A DNA stretch of 64,000 nt from Macrostomum lignano (lineage: Eukaryota), in contig NIVC01000136.1 in assembly GCA_002269645.1 (NCBI GenBank), positions 444,520-508,519 of the forward strand. Direction: 5' to 3'. The notes below the pieces were generated by a model. That model ran no database searches and was not told the DNA's origin. It worked only from the letters and a program-made list of their open reading frames with translations. A program made the position numbers and the translations under genes. Positions within the stretch are counted from its first letter, which is position 1. Every line of letters starts with the position of its first letter. Of this stretch, positions 1-15,000 are shown in pieces.

Positions 1-3000
1 GTCACATGCCCGGTTAGTGTTGATACCGCTGTTGTTAAACCGTACGCTTCTAAAAACCACTATTGCATAAAATTATTTAATCACTAACTTTAGGCCGGCT
101 CAATGATGGTGACTGCCGATTGCTGTCCGTCATGCGTCACTAAGCCGCCCACAACGGGCCCGGAGACCACATTGCCGCCCACGACTACAGTTGCGCCCAA
201 GCGTGTCTGCCACTACCTGGATCCTGCGACCAACCGTACTGTGGAGAAATCAGTACGAAATAAATTATTTTGACAAATTTATTTTAACAGTTGAGCACCC
301 GAATTAAACTCCTTTCTTTTGACGCGATTGCAGATCAATGAGACCTGGGTTGAGACAGCCGTCGGTACGTCCTGCAAGCGTGTCTGCTCGTGCACTACGG
401 CCGCCATGGTCGAGTGCAAGAGTGTCGCCATCAGCGCCGCTGAGAAAGCGCAATGTTTGGAAAGCTGCCAGAAGAAGTATCCGGTATGTTTCTACCCACA
501 AGCAAATTTTCTTACTTCAATTAGTACATGTAGGTTTAGTCTAGAATTAACTGTCGCACTAAAACTTTTTAGACTGACAAGGATGTGAAGGCCAACTTCG
601 ATTCCAGCTGCCGTTGCGGCTGCACGTCAAGCTGCACAGAGTTGAAGGTGTGCGAGCTGCCTTGCAACGAGACAGTTGGCAGTTTGGACGAGCAGAACCT
701 CTACTGTCTGTCCAAGGGCCTTTTCAAGACCGAGCCAAAGTGCACCTGCAGCGAGGCTCTGCCAGGCTACGGAAGCTCGGAAGTTAGAAGCGCCACTTTC
801 GGAGGTGCAAAACACTGCTTCGCTCAGAAGACGTGCACAAAGAGCTGCAATTACAACGGCAAGAGAGTTCCGGTACGCATTTTTTACAGAAAGTTAGAGT
901 ATTAATGATTGATGTATTTATGACTCGCTCAAAATGTTTTCTCTAAAAACCAATGCGCAGATCCACGGTGTGGTCAAAGAGGTGGACTCCACTGGTAGCG
1001 TTATTCCATGCCGAGAGTGCACCTGCGGCGAGTCCTTCACAATGTCGTGTAACACGGTGAAGAACTGCACTGTGACCACAACTGAGGCGCCAAAAACAAC
1101 GACGGCTCCGGGCTGCTCCTGCGCCAAGCCCTACGAAGAGTCCGTCAACTCCACTGGAAAGTGCCGGGAGAAGATCTGCCACTATCTTAAAGGCTCGTGC
1201 GTTTCTCGCGGCGAATGCAACTGCGAATGTAAGGGCGCCTATCTGTTCTTCAACGGTACAACCTGCGTTAACCAGGCCAACTGTTATTGCAAAGACGAGA
1301 ATGGCGCTTTGAGAAAGGTGTGATTTCATCATTTATCCTTTTTTCATAAGACTTTAAGACTTACTTATTTGCAACTTTTCTGCCGACTCACCCATTTAGA
1401 ACGGAGAGAAATGGCAAAACCCGACCGATCCGTGCAAGACGCACATGTGCGTGGACAACCAAATCCAGACGTCTGATAGACGGCCCGACTGTCCGAAGTT
1501 CGTTTGCCCACCAGACTCTGTGCGCCAGGTTCCCCCTGGCAAGTGCTGTGCCATCTGCACGCCGCAGAATGTGACTACAACAACAGCAACCACTACCCCG
1601 AGGCCGACAACTACGACACCGATGCCGACGACAACAACACTACGATGCGCCGATTGCGGCATCTGCAAGATCCCTGGCTGCTTCCCTGCAGACAGTCTAG
1701 AGCTTGTCACTGCAGCAGCCGCCAGAACCTGCGACTACCAGCACTGCTGCTCCCCACCATCTTGCCCATCAAGCACAAGCGAGGTCAGGTACATCCGCTA
1801 CAGAACCGTATGCGTGGCTTACAAGCTTTGTATGACGACAACAACCCCGCCGCTGCCGACCACAACTACCACAACACCGATGCCAACGACGACTACCGCG
1901 TTTATCGAGCGTCACGGTATGGAAAATAATTATTTTGGGGTTGTATATTTGAGCTTTAAAAACCAATAAAAGTAACTTAATTTACAATTGCAGTGTGCAC
2001 TGATCCAATGACGCCGATGAGAGCCATCCAGAGCTACACTGGTACGTCTGGTATCGCATCTGAGGCTAGCCCCGGCAAGTCCGGCTGGCGGCCATCGACC
2101 AGTGGCACAATGAATGAGATGCTGACCATCAAGTTGGGCTTCGGAATTCCGTTTACTGGCTTCGAAATTAAGACATCTAACGTGAAATTCTTCAGAGTGA
2201 AGTACAGTGACGCAACTGGCAGGGTATTCAACCCTTACACTGAGGCCAGCGTCACTAAAGTGTTCTCAGGCAGCGACTTTGCCTCAACCGGCCGATTTAT
2301 CTTCCGCAAGAGTTTCGTCGAGACGGTAGTCTACGTGCGACTGGAGATCATTTCGTTTGTTATCCCTGGCGCACCGGCATCAATTAACTTCGAGCCTCTG
2401 GGATGCTACAAAGTGACAACCACAACACCTTCAACTACAACTACAACTTTGAAGCCAACAACAACAACACCGATTCCTCCAACAACAACAACAACAACAA
2501 TCGCTCCAACGACTACACCATCTTGCACTATCACCGAGGGAATGAACGCCGACCTGTACATTCCACCAACTTCCATCACAGTGAACCCACGCCTTGCCTG
2601 GGGATCAGTCAATGATATCCGACCGTCCGGTTCGGGCTGGAAGGTCCCTGTAGCAAGACCCGGAGAAGACAATCCGAGCGTTGTTGTCGACCTAACTCGT
2701 GGCGGAGTTGATGAGCCTACCTTCTTGGACACTGTACAAGTCTTTGGCAATGCTAAGTCCTTCAGCCTGCTGTACACGAAGAAGGGCTCAAGTGAGTTCA
2801 AGCCGTTTGGCTCACTGAACTGGCCAAGTCTGGTTCCAGCCAAGGTTACTCAGAATGACTGGACTCAGGTCAAGATCGTTTTAACTGGCCCAACAAACTC
2901 CTCTGACAGCACTTACGATGTGAAGATCTCTATCCGTGGCTGCTTTAAGTCCAAGCCATTCGTGACTACACCGGCTCCTACCATCTGCCCACTGACTGAC

Positions 3001-6000
3001 GGAATGAGAGAGCCGGCCTATATTGAGGATTCGGCTATCACCGCTGTTTCAAGCGGTAGCACACCAGTCCCAGTGACTGAGGTCAGAGCCGGAAAGACCG
3101 GCTGGGTGGCTCCATTGACTGGCAGTCAAGTTATCATCGACTTTACAAATGGTGGCAAGACAGCTGCGCCAAGAATCGCTAGCTTTGCCGTGCGAGGCAC
3201 CGTTAAGACCTTCCGAATGATGTACCAGCTAAAGGGTAGGTCAAGCTTTGAGCCATTCCCATCGATTGTGACTCAGATCCCAGCCAACAAACATATTGTG
3301 ACGAAGCCGGAGCCAGAGGTTGAGAAGCTGAAGATCATCCCAGTTGAGCCAGCCGATAAGTCTCAGACGAATTTCCGGTTCACAATCGAGGTAATCGGAT
3401 GCTTCCAACGAATCCCAGCAACAACTACAACCACAGCGGCAACAACCACAACGACACCTGTGCCAACAACAAAGCCGCCTTGTGACGAAATTATGTCAGG
3501 AAGAGAGATTTCTTCTCGTGCGATCAAGGTGCAGCCGGCGCCAAAGAACTCTATCGACTCTATTCGAGCCGATGCGGCTGGAGTGATTGTGCCAATGCCC
3601 ATCGACCCGTCTCCAGCCAAGCGTCCGACTGTTGAAATTGACTTGACTGATGGTGGAAAGTATCAGTTTGCCAAGATGCACCGCTTCAGGGTGTCCGGTA
3701 GTGTCAAGCTGTACGATCTGTATTTCCAGTACAACGGTGAGAGTAACATGACTCGCTACCCAGAGTCCAGCTCTTATCCAAGTTCTGGCAACGAGATCAT
3801 CTACGTTGATCCGCACGCCAATGTTCAGAAGATTCGTATGGTTCTAAGAAACAACACGGACGCCAAGGCTGAGAACTATCAGTTCAGCATTCACGTCGTC
3901 GCTTGTCTTAACCCGGCAGTGGCCACAACTACAAGTTCGGCCATTACCAACACAGCCACTGCTTCGACAGGCAGTGTTACCAGATCGATACCACCTTTCC
4001 CTACTCGGCCGCATGTCACCACAACAGCCAGTGCTACAACAACTGCTGCTACAACCACAACAACAGCTGCAACCACAACAACAGCTGCTACAACTACAAC
4101 TACGGCTGCTACAACCACAACAACGGCAATGCCAACAACAACGACACCTAAATGTCCGATTGTTGAAGGAATGTCGAGCCCGAAATACATCCCGGATTCT
4201 TGGATTTCTGTTAGGCCCAGCAACTATTCATCAACAATCCCAGAAATTAGAAAGGGAACGTGGACAGTGCCTAAGGACCTTGACGGCCGCCTTGTGCAAA
4301 TCATTGTCAACAGCACAAATGTTCCATTCGAGGTTGACAGAATTGAAGTCGGTGGAAACGTAAAGGACTTTGCTCTTGAAATCGTGACACCCGATGCATC
4401 AAGACTTCGGCCATTCCCATTGGATGGAACGCCATTGAAGGGCTCTGCGAATGTGAGCCTAACACTGACGGCGTTTAGAGTCACTCTGCGCTCAACTTCT
4501 AATCCAGCTGACAAAGACTACGTTACTGGCTTGAAGGTATTTGCTTGCCTGAAAGAAACAACTGCCACGACCACACCGGGTAAAACTAACACAGCAACAG
4601 AATACACAGGTACTGTAACGAGATCAACGCCAAAGCTGCCATCAATTCCATCATTTACTACGACTCCAGCTAGTACAACAACAATGGAAGTAACTAACAC
4701 AGCGACAGAATACACGGGTACTGCAACAAGATCAACACCCAAACTTCCACCAATTATTCCGACTCGGCCACCCACTACTACCGAAGCAGCTACAACAACA
4801 ACAACAGCTTCTACTACAACAACTGCTACAACTCCAACTGAGAGGATTAAGGAGAAGACAACCACTGCAGCTCCAACAACTACAACAACACCAAAAAAGA
4901 CAACTACTACAACAGCTGCGACTACAACAACCGCTACTACTCCAACAGAGAGGATCAAGGAGAAGACAACTACTCCTACAACAACAACAACAACAACAAC
5001 AGCTGCAACAACAACAACAACAGCTGCGACAACAACAACAACAACCGCTACTACTCCAACGGAAAGGATCAAGGAAAAGACGACTACTCCTACAACAACA
5101 GCTGCTACAACAACAACAACGACAGCTGCGACAACAACAACACCTGCAGTGACAACCACAGGACCTCCTTCGCTGCCTGAATGTGACGCTGGCAAGTATG
5201 CTGACGGCATGTCGAATCCGAAATACATTCCTGACTCAAGCATCGAGGTTTATCCAGCTAACTTATCCTCAACAAAGGGTAACGTTAGATCTAAAGGCTG
5301 GGTTGCTCCTCTTATGCAAGCTGGACGCCAGCCGGAAGTCAAAATCACATTTGTCAAACCAACGAGAATTGATTCGGTAAGATTGGCGCTACAAGTAAAC
5401 AGTTAACAAATTTACAAATGCTTAAAATTATGTTTATGCTTAAGATTATTATATTTTAATTTTAGATCGTCGTCCGTGGAGACCTTAAGACGTACGTGCT
5501 AGAGATTCAAGAGGACGGTGCCAAGACAACAAGAGTTTATCCCGAATCTGGAAGAAAACTTATTGGAAATAAGGAAGAGCGAATGATTCCCCACCGCGTA
5601 TTGACACAAGTTGTTGTAAGACCATCTGTACCTCTTGTGATCGACCAGAAGTCATACAATCTGACTGTTGCTTTGCATGGCTGTTACGTGATTGCCGAGA
5701 CAACCACGACTGTAGCAACAACTACAACTACAGCAGCGCCAACGACAACAACAACACCAACTACAACTACAAGGCCAGCGACGACTACAACTACAAGTAT
5801 TACAACAACAACAAAGGCACCAACTACCACCACAACACCAACAACAACAACCAAGGCTGCTACAACAACCACGACAAAAGCAGCAACAACAACCACCTCA
5901 ACCGCTGCACCAACAACAACCACCTCAACCGCTGCACCAACAACAACCACCTCAACCGCTGCACCAACAACAACCACCTCAACCGCTGCACCAACAACAA

Positions 6001-9000
6001 CCACCGCACCAACAACAACTACTCAGAAGCTAACTACAACGACCACTGCTTCGACAACAACAACAACGGCTACAACTACTACAAATGCGACGACAACCAG
6101 TAAAAACACGGCTACCAAGTCAACTGGGACTGTCACAACAAAGAAGTTGACTTTCCCAACTATTTCAACGACTCCGTCTGTTGCCACCACAAGTAAGACA
6201 CTGGATAACTTTTATAAAACTATCAATTACGAATAATGACGGAAATTCTTATATAATTTATTTATGCTATAATTTTTGCAGCTGCTGCAGAAACGTGCAA
6301 TGAGGAGGGCATGACACCAGAGAATGCTCCTGTCAGCGCCATCAGCATACTGCCAGCCAACATGAGTCTGACTGATGATAAGGAGCTTATCCGACTGAAC
6401 AGAACTGGAATGAAGATCATGAAGCCCACCGATGATCAGCCCAACCCAGAAATCATCGTCGACCTGATGCTCGGTCGTACAAAGGCTCCGTTCATCGAGA
6501 GAGTCTACGTTATGAATAATATCAAGACAGCCAAGATGGAGGTTCAAACACCTGGCAGCAGTGCATGGGTGCCAGCCTCTGGAAGCTCAGCACTAGTTAA
6601 CTTCCGTGAAGCCCCCAACTACAAGCCTGTGCTGAAAACAGCAGTTAAACTGCGCATCACACTGCTTACAACTCTTGACTCTATTGACAAGCACTTCCTA
6701 GTAACACTGTCCATCAAGGGCTGCTTCACCAAGCCAATCATTACACCGACAAGTTCCACGGGCACGGTTACAACAGCCACAACGTTGCCTCGTAAGTTTC
6801 TAGTTTATTATAATTACTAAAGACTTTGTGCACAACGTATCCTTATTTATTTGCAGCATGTGAGATTACCGAGGGCATGGACGTACCAGCAACAATAACG
6901 GACTCTGCCATTGAGGGAAAGCCGGATCACCTGAGCAACCCAACTGAAGCTAGACCTTCTAAGGGTGGCTGGAGAGTGACAGTGCCGAAGGTGCCCACTG
7001 ATGCCAAGCCCTACATCACAATCGATCTCACCGAGGGTGGCTACAGACAGCCGCAGTACACAGACAGAGTCTCTGTCACTGGCAACGTAATGTTTTACAG
7101 GCTTTTGATTAAGGAGAAGCCGGGCGACAACTTCACACAGTACCCACGCAGCGTAGAGCTAATCAGAGGCAACAACCCGCAGTACATCCTTCCTCGGCGA
7201 ACAATCGCTGCCATCAGAATCGAGCCAGTTAAACCTATGACGTCGGATGCAACCCACTTCAAGTTCCATGTTCACGTGTACGCTTGCTTCAAGTCGTTCT
7301 CAACTACAGCTGCGCCACCCACGACGACAACAACTAAGGCCCCGACAACAACCACGCCGACAACAACTGTAACTACAACTACCATGCCGACAGAAAAAAT
7401 CAAGGAGAAAACAACGCCGCCAACAACAGCTGCACCGGTCACCACGACAACCACAAAGGCCGCGACAACAACTACAACTTCAGCAACAACCACTACAACT
7501 CCGACAACAACCACAACAACTCCGACAACAACCACAACAACTCCGACAACAACCACAACAACTTCAGCAACAACCACAACAACTCCGACAACAACTTCAG
7601 CAACAACCACAACAACTCCGACAACAACTTCAGCAACAACCACAACAACTCCGACAACAACTTCAGCAACAACCACAACAACTCCGACAACAAATTCAGC
7701 AACAACCACAACAACTCCGACAACAACTTCAGCAACAACCACAACAACTCCGACAACAACAACAACAACTCCGACAACAACAACAACAACTCCGACAACA
7801 ACAACCACAACTCCGACAACAACTACAACGGCAACACCAACAGAGCGAATCAAGGAAAAGACGACAACACCATCAACAACAACTACAACTACAACCACGA
7901 CAACGACCCCGACAACCACTACAACGCCAACAACTACAACAACTCCAACAACAACAACAACTGCGGCGCCAACTACTACAACAGCAGCTGCACCAGGTAG
8001 ATACAAAGTCAATTAAGTGAATGGTTCAATATTTTATCAATTATTCTTACATGAAATTAATGTTTTAAAAAACTTTTACATTTTCTGCTCTTTTTTCCAG
8101 AATGTGGCGTTGACGGTCTGAAGAATGAGCTCATTATTCCCAACTCGGCCATCAGTGGTGGGCCTGAGACAGTAAGCGCTGTTCGCAATGTGCGAAGCAA
8201 CCTTGGTGGATGGAGGGTTGCAGTGCCATCTGCGGGACAGCCAAGACCTAACGTGACTATCGATCTAACAGCCAATGGACTGGCAAAGCCCGCGCCTCTT
8301 ATTGAGCAGATTCGCGTGGTTGGCAACGTGCAGAAAGTTCTTGTCCTGATCCAGTACGCTGGCGAGAAGACCTGGGTTTCCGTTCCTGAAGGCTCTGGGC
8401 ATGTTACTAATGGAAATACACCGATAAATATTTCACCGAATGCGAGACTAGCAAAGGTGCAAATTGTGCCTTTTACAGCTGACAGCTCTACTGTGACTCA
8501 CTATCGATTCCATGTGATCGTTCTGGGTTGCTTTAAGGAAGTCCTTACCACTACTGCTTCTGTACCAACTACAACCACTCCGGCAGCAACAACAACAACA
8601 TCACCGACTACAACAACAACAACACCGACTACAACAACAACAACACCGACTACAACGACAGCGACGACAACAACAACAGCAACGACAACAACAACACCGA
8701 CAACTACAACAACAACACCAACTACAACAACAACTACACCAACTACGACAACACCGACAACAACTACTACCGCGTCAACAACAACAACAGCGCCATCGAC
8801 AACCAATGCCAAGTGTCCTATCGTCGATGGCATGGAGAGCCCGAAATCTATTAGCAGTGACAGCATCCAAATTAGTCCAATGACTTCGAAGGTGTCCATC
8901 GACAGTTTACGACCTAAAGCTGGAGGCATAGAATTGAGCAAGATAGACGAACCGTACGTAACAGTTGATCTGACTGAAGGTGGCAAAAAGAAAGGAGAGA

Positions 9001-12000
9001 TAGTTACTGGAATCAAGGTAACAGGAAACGTTAAAACTATGCACATCTCATTCATGAGAGTTGGCTCGACTGAGTTCGAGTACTATCCTTCAAAGTCGAG
9101 TGAAGTGCCCGCTGACAAAGAGACTGAGCTGCCGCACTACATCACTGTGTCTAAAATCAGAGTTAAACCGAGCTCCACACTGGTTGATTCTGACAAGACC
9201 TACAAGTTAACCTTAGCTGTAAATGGATGCTTTAAGCAGGTTCCCACTGAACCTCCAACAACAACAAAGACAAAGGCAACAACAACTACGACTACACCAC
9301 TAACAACAACCACTACCGCAGCACCAACAACAACAACAACACCATCTACCACCACCACAACGCCATCAACAACAACAACAGCTGCAACAACAACAACAAC
9401 AACCGCTACTACTCCAACGGAGAGAATCAAGGAAAAGACAACTACTCCTACAACAACAACAGCTGCAACAACAACAACAGCTGCAACAACAACAACAGCT
9501 GCAACAACAACAACAACAACCGCTACTACTCCAACGGAGAGAATCAAGGAAAAGACAACTACTCCTACAACAACAACAGCTGCAACAACAACAACAACAG
9601 CTGCAACAACAACAACAACAACAACAGCTGCAACAACTACAACGCCTGCAGTGACAACTACTACCACAACGCCAACAACGACAACACCAAGAACTACTAC
9701 TACAACATCAACAACAACACCATCTACCACCACAACGCCAACAACAACAACAGCAACAACAACAACGACCACTACCACAACACCAACAACAACAACAACT
9801 CAACGACCAACAACTACTACGACTTCGCCACCAACAACAACAACAGCATACTGCCCGTGGAATGATGGAATGAAAGATTTTACAGCCATTCACACGGGTA
9901 GCATCAATATTTATCCTTCGTCATCATCCGTGAAGCCAGATGACGTGAGACCAACAGCGACTGGAATTGAGTTACTTAAGGCAGACTCTCCTTATATTGT
10001 TGTTGATCTAACAAATGGCGGACTCAATAAGCCTGTTGTCATTAAATCTCTCAGAGTTGTAGGTAATGTGAAGAATATTTTGGTTTCGTACGTCCCAGAA
10101 GGTTCGACAGAATACACTTACTATCCATCGAAGTCAAAGGTTATCTCGACAGAGGCTGATATTGATATACCAGGACATGTCAGCGTGAAGTATTTGCGAA
10201 TCAATCCCGTGTCGACTAAGAACCCGGATGACGCAAGATACAAAATAACTGTCAGTGTTATTGGTTGCTTTAAGCAGGTTTCGACAACACCAACAACAAC
10301 AACAGCTACAACAACAACAGCTAAAAAAACAACAACAACAGCTGCACCAATAACAACAACTACAACTCCATCAACTACAACTACACCGCCAGCGTCAACT
10401 CATGCCTACTGTCCATGGAACGACGGCATGAAAGATGTCACCGCCATTCATTCGGGCAGCATTTCAATTTCTCCACCATCATCTACAGTGAAGGTTGACG
10501 ACATTCGTTCTGGCAGTGCTGGAATCGAACTGAAAAAGTCGGCGGAACCGTATATTACAATCGACTTGACAAACGAGAAGCGAAACAAGCCTGTTGTAGT
10601 TAAGACAATTAAAATCACTGGTAATGTGAAGAACGTACTCGTTTCGTACATCCCAGCAGGATCTACAGAGTACACGTTCTACCCAGAGAAATCGAGACCG
10701 CTTCCAACTGATGAGGATATCGAGCTGCCAAAGTACGTTAGCATTAGCAGCCTCAGAATTGCCCCGGAGTCGACCAAGGAGCCAACTGATCCTACGTACA
10801 AACTGTCTATCAGCGTGGTTGGTTGTTTCAAGCAAGTCACCACTACGCCAGCAGCAACAACGACAACAACAACAGAAACAACCACAAGAAGCACTACCAC
10901 CGCATCAGCAACAACTACAACGGCACCTCCGACAACCACAGCACCATTCTGCCCATGGGCTGATGGAATGAATGACACAACCATGGTACACACAGAGAGC
11001 ATCGATATCTCTCCGCCGACATCGGGCGTTAAGGTTGACGACGTACGTACATCGGGCTCTGGTTTGGTGCTGAAGAAGACATCCGAGCCATACGTATCGA
11101 TTGACCTGACCAACAATGGTGCGAATAAGCCTGTAGTCGTGGAAAGCATTCGAGTGTCAGGAAACGTTGATAAATATTTGGTCTCTTACATGCCAGAAGG
11201 ATCAACTGAGTTCACATACTATCCATCCAAGTCTACTCCAGTGTCAGCTGCAACTCCACTGAAGCTCTTGAAGTACACAACAGTGTCAAAGCTTCGCATT
11301 CAACCCGTTTCAACAGTTAATTCAACCGATTCAGAGTACAAATTCACCGTTTCACTGATTGGATGCTTTAAGCAAGTGTCTACAACCCCAACAACAACTA
11401 CGACAACCATGAAGCCTACAACAACCACATCGGTTCCGAGCACGACTACAACACCTATGTCGACTACGACTACCGAAGCTGCCACAACTACACCGAAATA
11501 TGGTAGGTTTTATAATGCTTAATTTTTTTATTACATAATTAACCGCTTTTAACGACGAGCTATCCACATGTATCTCATTTTAGCCTGCCCAAGTGGCGCC
11601 ACGTACATGGAGGGAATTTCTTCCACTAAGTATGTCCCTGACAGTGCAATCATGGGCCAGCCAGACACACTCAGCCAGCCAACCAATGTTAGATCAACGA
11701 AAGACGGATGGAAGGTTGCCAAGGCGACTGCTGATCAACCAAAGTCATATCTGCTTGTTGACTTGACGGACAACGGCAAGCGTCATCAGCCGATTGTCAG
11801 AAGTGTGAGTAATCGGTGCTTGAAATTTGAATTCAAATTGCAATAGTAGTTTTTAGAAATCGTACACGATTTATGAATGTCCTTTTTGAATCTTTCTTTG
11901 TCATTTTAGTTGAAAATCTTTGGCAACGTCAAGACTGCTCAACTGAAGATTAGGTATTCCAAGGACGGCGAGTTCACAGTATATCCCGAGACTGGCTCCA

Positions 12001-15000
12001 AGATGATCAATGGAAACGAAGATGTTTTCATCATGCCGGCGTCCAGAATCTCAGCCATTAAGATTGTGCCCCTAGTGTCAACCATTCCCGACGATACACA
12101 CTTCAGGTTCAAATTGTACGTACATGGCTGCTTCTTTAATGAAGTTATCACGACCACTGCGACGACAACAACAACAACACCGACAACAACAACAACGCCT
12201 ACTCCAACGACTACTACGACAACTTCTACAACAACAAAAGCACCTACTACCACTGCGCCAACAACAACAACAACACCAGAGGCTACAACAACCACGACAG
12301 AAACAACTACAACACCGAAGCCTACAACGACAACAGCGACAACAACAACACCAGAGCCTACAACAACAACAAAAGCAACAACAACAACAACAGCCAGGCC
12401 GACTACAACTACAACAACAACTACTACTACAACTCAGAAACCAACAACTACTACATTGGCTCCCACTACGACAACAACACCAACTACTACCACAACTGTA
12501 GCACCAACTACAACAACAACGCCAACAACTACCACAACAACAGCACCAACTACGACAACAACACCAACTACCACAACAACAGCACCAACTACGACAACAA
12601 AACCAACAACTACCACAACTACAGCTCGAACTACGACAACGATGCCAACAACTACCACAACTCCGACAACAACTACCACAACTCCGACAACAACTACAGC
12701 AACAACTACAACTGGAGCTCCAACTACCTGCCCGCTCGGATCGGACATGCAGGAAGTGATGGCCCGGCCCTCTGTCATTCCAGACAGCGCTATTCGAGTT
12801 CGTCCGGTGTCTGAGGCGTTTGATGCCGCCAGTGTACGACCGAACCGTGGAGGCTGGAAGGCCGTCGTGCCCGCTGCCAACGAGAGCAAACCTGAGATCA
12901 CAGTTGACCTGATGAGCAGCCCGTCAGTGACATCGGCGCCGATCGTTCAGAAGATCAGACTGGTTGGCAATGCAAAGACCGCCTATCTGATGGTGCAATA
13001 TAACAAGGAGAAATCATACACCCGATTCCCTGAGTCAACAACAGCTGGTATCAACGGAAACGAGGACATCTACATCCCGTCTGCATCGAGAATCATGTCG
13101 ATCAAGGTGTTGCTGAAGGAGCCAAAGGATGCTTCCCAGACACACTTCAAGGTACATCTCGAAGTATTCATGTGCGTTCCGAAGACAACAACAACTGCTG
13201 CCACGACTGCAACGGAGCGAATTAAGGAAAAGACTACAACTTCAGCGACAACAACAACAACTGCAGCGACAACAACTGCTACTACAACAACACCAAAGCC
13301 AACAACAACTACGGCACCACCAACAACAACTACTCTTGCACCAAGTACAACAACAACTCCTACCACGACAACACCTAAGACAACTACTACAACGGCTTCC
13401 ACAACCACAACCACAGCTGAACGAACAACGACGACAACACCAGAGCCGACCACAACTACAACATCAACACCAAAAGCAACAACAACTACATTGGCTCCCA
13501 CTACGACAACAACACCAACTACCACTACTACAGCACCAACTACGACAACAACGGCAACAACTACCACAACTGCGACAACTACCACAACTCCGACAACAAC
13601 TACCACAACACCGACAACAACTACAGCAACAACTACAACTGGAGCTCCAACTACCTGCCCGCTCGGATCGGACATGCAGGAAGTGATGGCCCGGCCCTCT
13701 GTCATTCCAGACAGCGCTATTCGAGTTCGCCCGGTGTCTGAGGCGTTTGATGCCGCCAGTGTACGACCGAACCGTGGAGGCTGGAAGGCCGTCGTGCCCG
13801 CTGCCAACGAGAGCAAGCCTGAGATCACAGTTGACCTGATGAGCAGCCCGTCAGTGACATCGGCGCCGATCGTTCAGAAGATCAGACTGGTTGGCAATGC
13901 AAAGACCGCCTATCTGATGGTGCAATATAACAAGGAGAAATCATACACCCGATTCCCTGAGTCAACAACAGCTGGTATCAACGGAAACGAGGACATCTAC
14001 ATCCCGTCTGCATCGAGAATCATGTCGATCAAGGTGTTGCTGAAGGAGCCAAAGGATGCTTCTCAGACACACTTCAAGGTACATCTCGAAGTATTCATGT
14101 GCGTTCCGAAGACAACAACAACTGCTGCCACGACTGCAACGGAGCGAATTAAGGAAAAGACTACAACTGCAGCGACAACAACAACAACTGCAGCGACAAC
14201 AACAACTGCAGCGACAACAACAACTGCTACTACTACGACACCAAAGCCAACAACAACTACGGCACCACCAACAACAACTACTCTTGCACCAACAACAACA
14301 ACAACTCCCACTCCAACGGAGCGAATCAAGGAAAAGACTACGACTGCAGCGACAACAACAACATCTGCTACTACTACAACACCAAAGCCAACAACAACTA
14401 CGGCATCACCAACAACAACTACCATTGCGCCAACTACAACAACTCCCACTCCAACTGAGCGAATCAAGGACAAGACTACAACTGCAGCAACAACAACAAC
14501 TACTGCTACTACCACAACAACAGCTGCGACGACCACAACAACCGCTGCACCGACAACAACAACAACGCCTACTACAACGACTGCTTCAACAACCACTACT
14601 ACAACTCAAAAACCAATGACAACAACAACTGCTGCGCCAACGACGACAACTGCACCAACAACCACTACCACAGCCGCAGTAACAACCACTTCTATTATCG
14701 ATTGTGACACTCTTGAAGAAGCCATCAATAACCCGAGCTACATTCCTGCGACAGCCGTTACAGTCAGTGTGGGATCGTTCTCTCAGAATAAATGGACAAT
14801 TCCAGCTTCCGCTAAGTCGCCTAGTATTGAGGTCGTCATGAACCGCATGTACAGCTCTCTAAAATTGGCTCAGGTTTGTAACTCACCTAGACTCTATTTT
14901 CAAAAGTAAAAGCTAAATAAAGTATTTATTATTTCTATTTTCAATATTGTACACTACTTACATTGTTCTAGGTTCGCGTGGACTCGCCAGTCGCCGGATC

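Noticed and set aside
5472-5486. RGD(L) integrin motif in discoidin-like domain 6
   Set aside because: It aligns to the structural V.GNVK strand position of the other 17 domains and is not repeated; likely coincidental.
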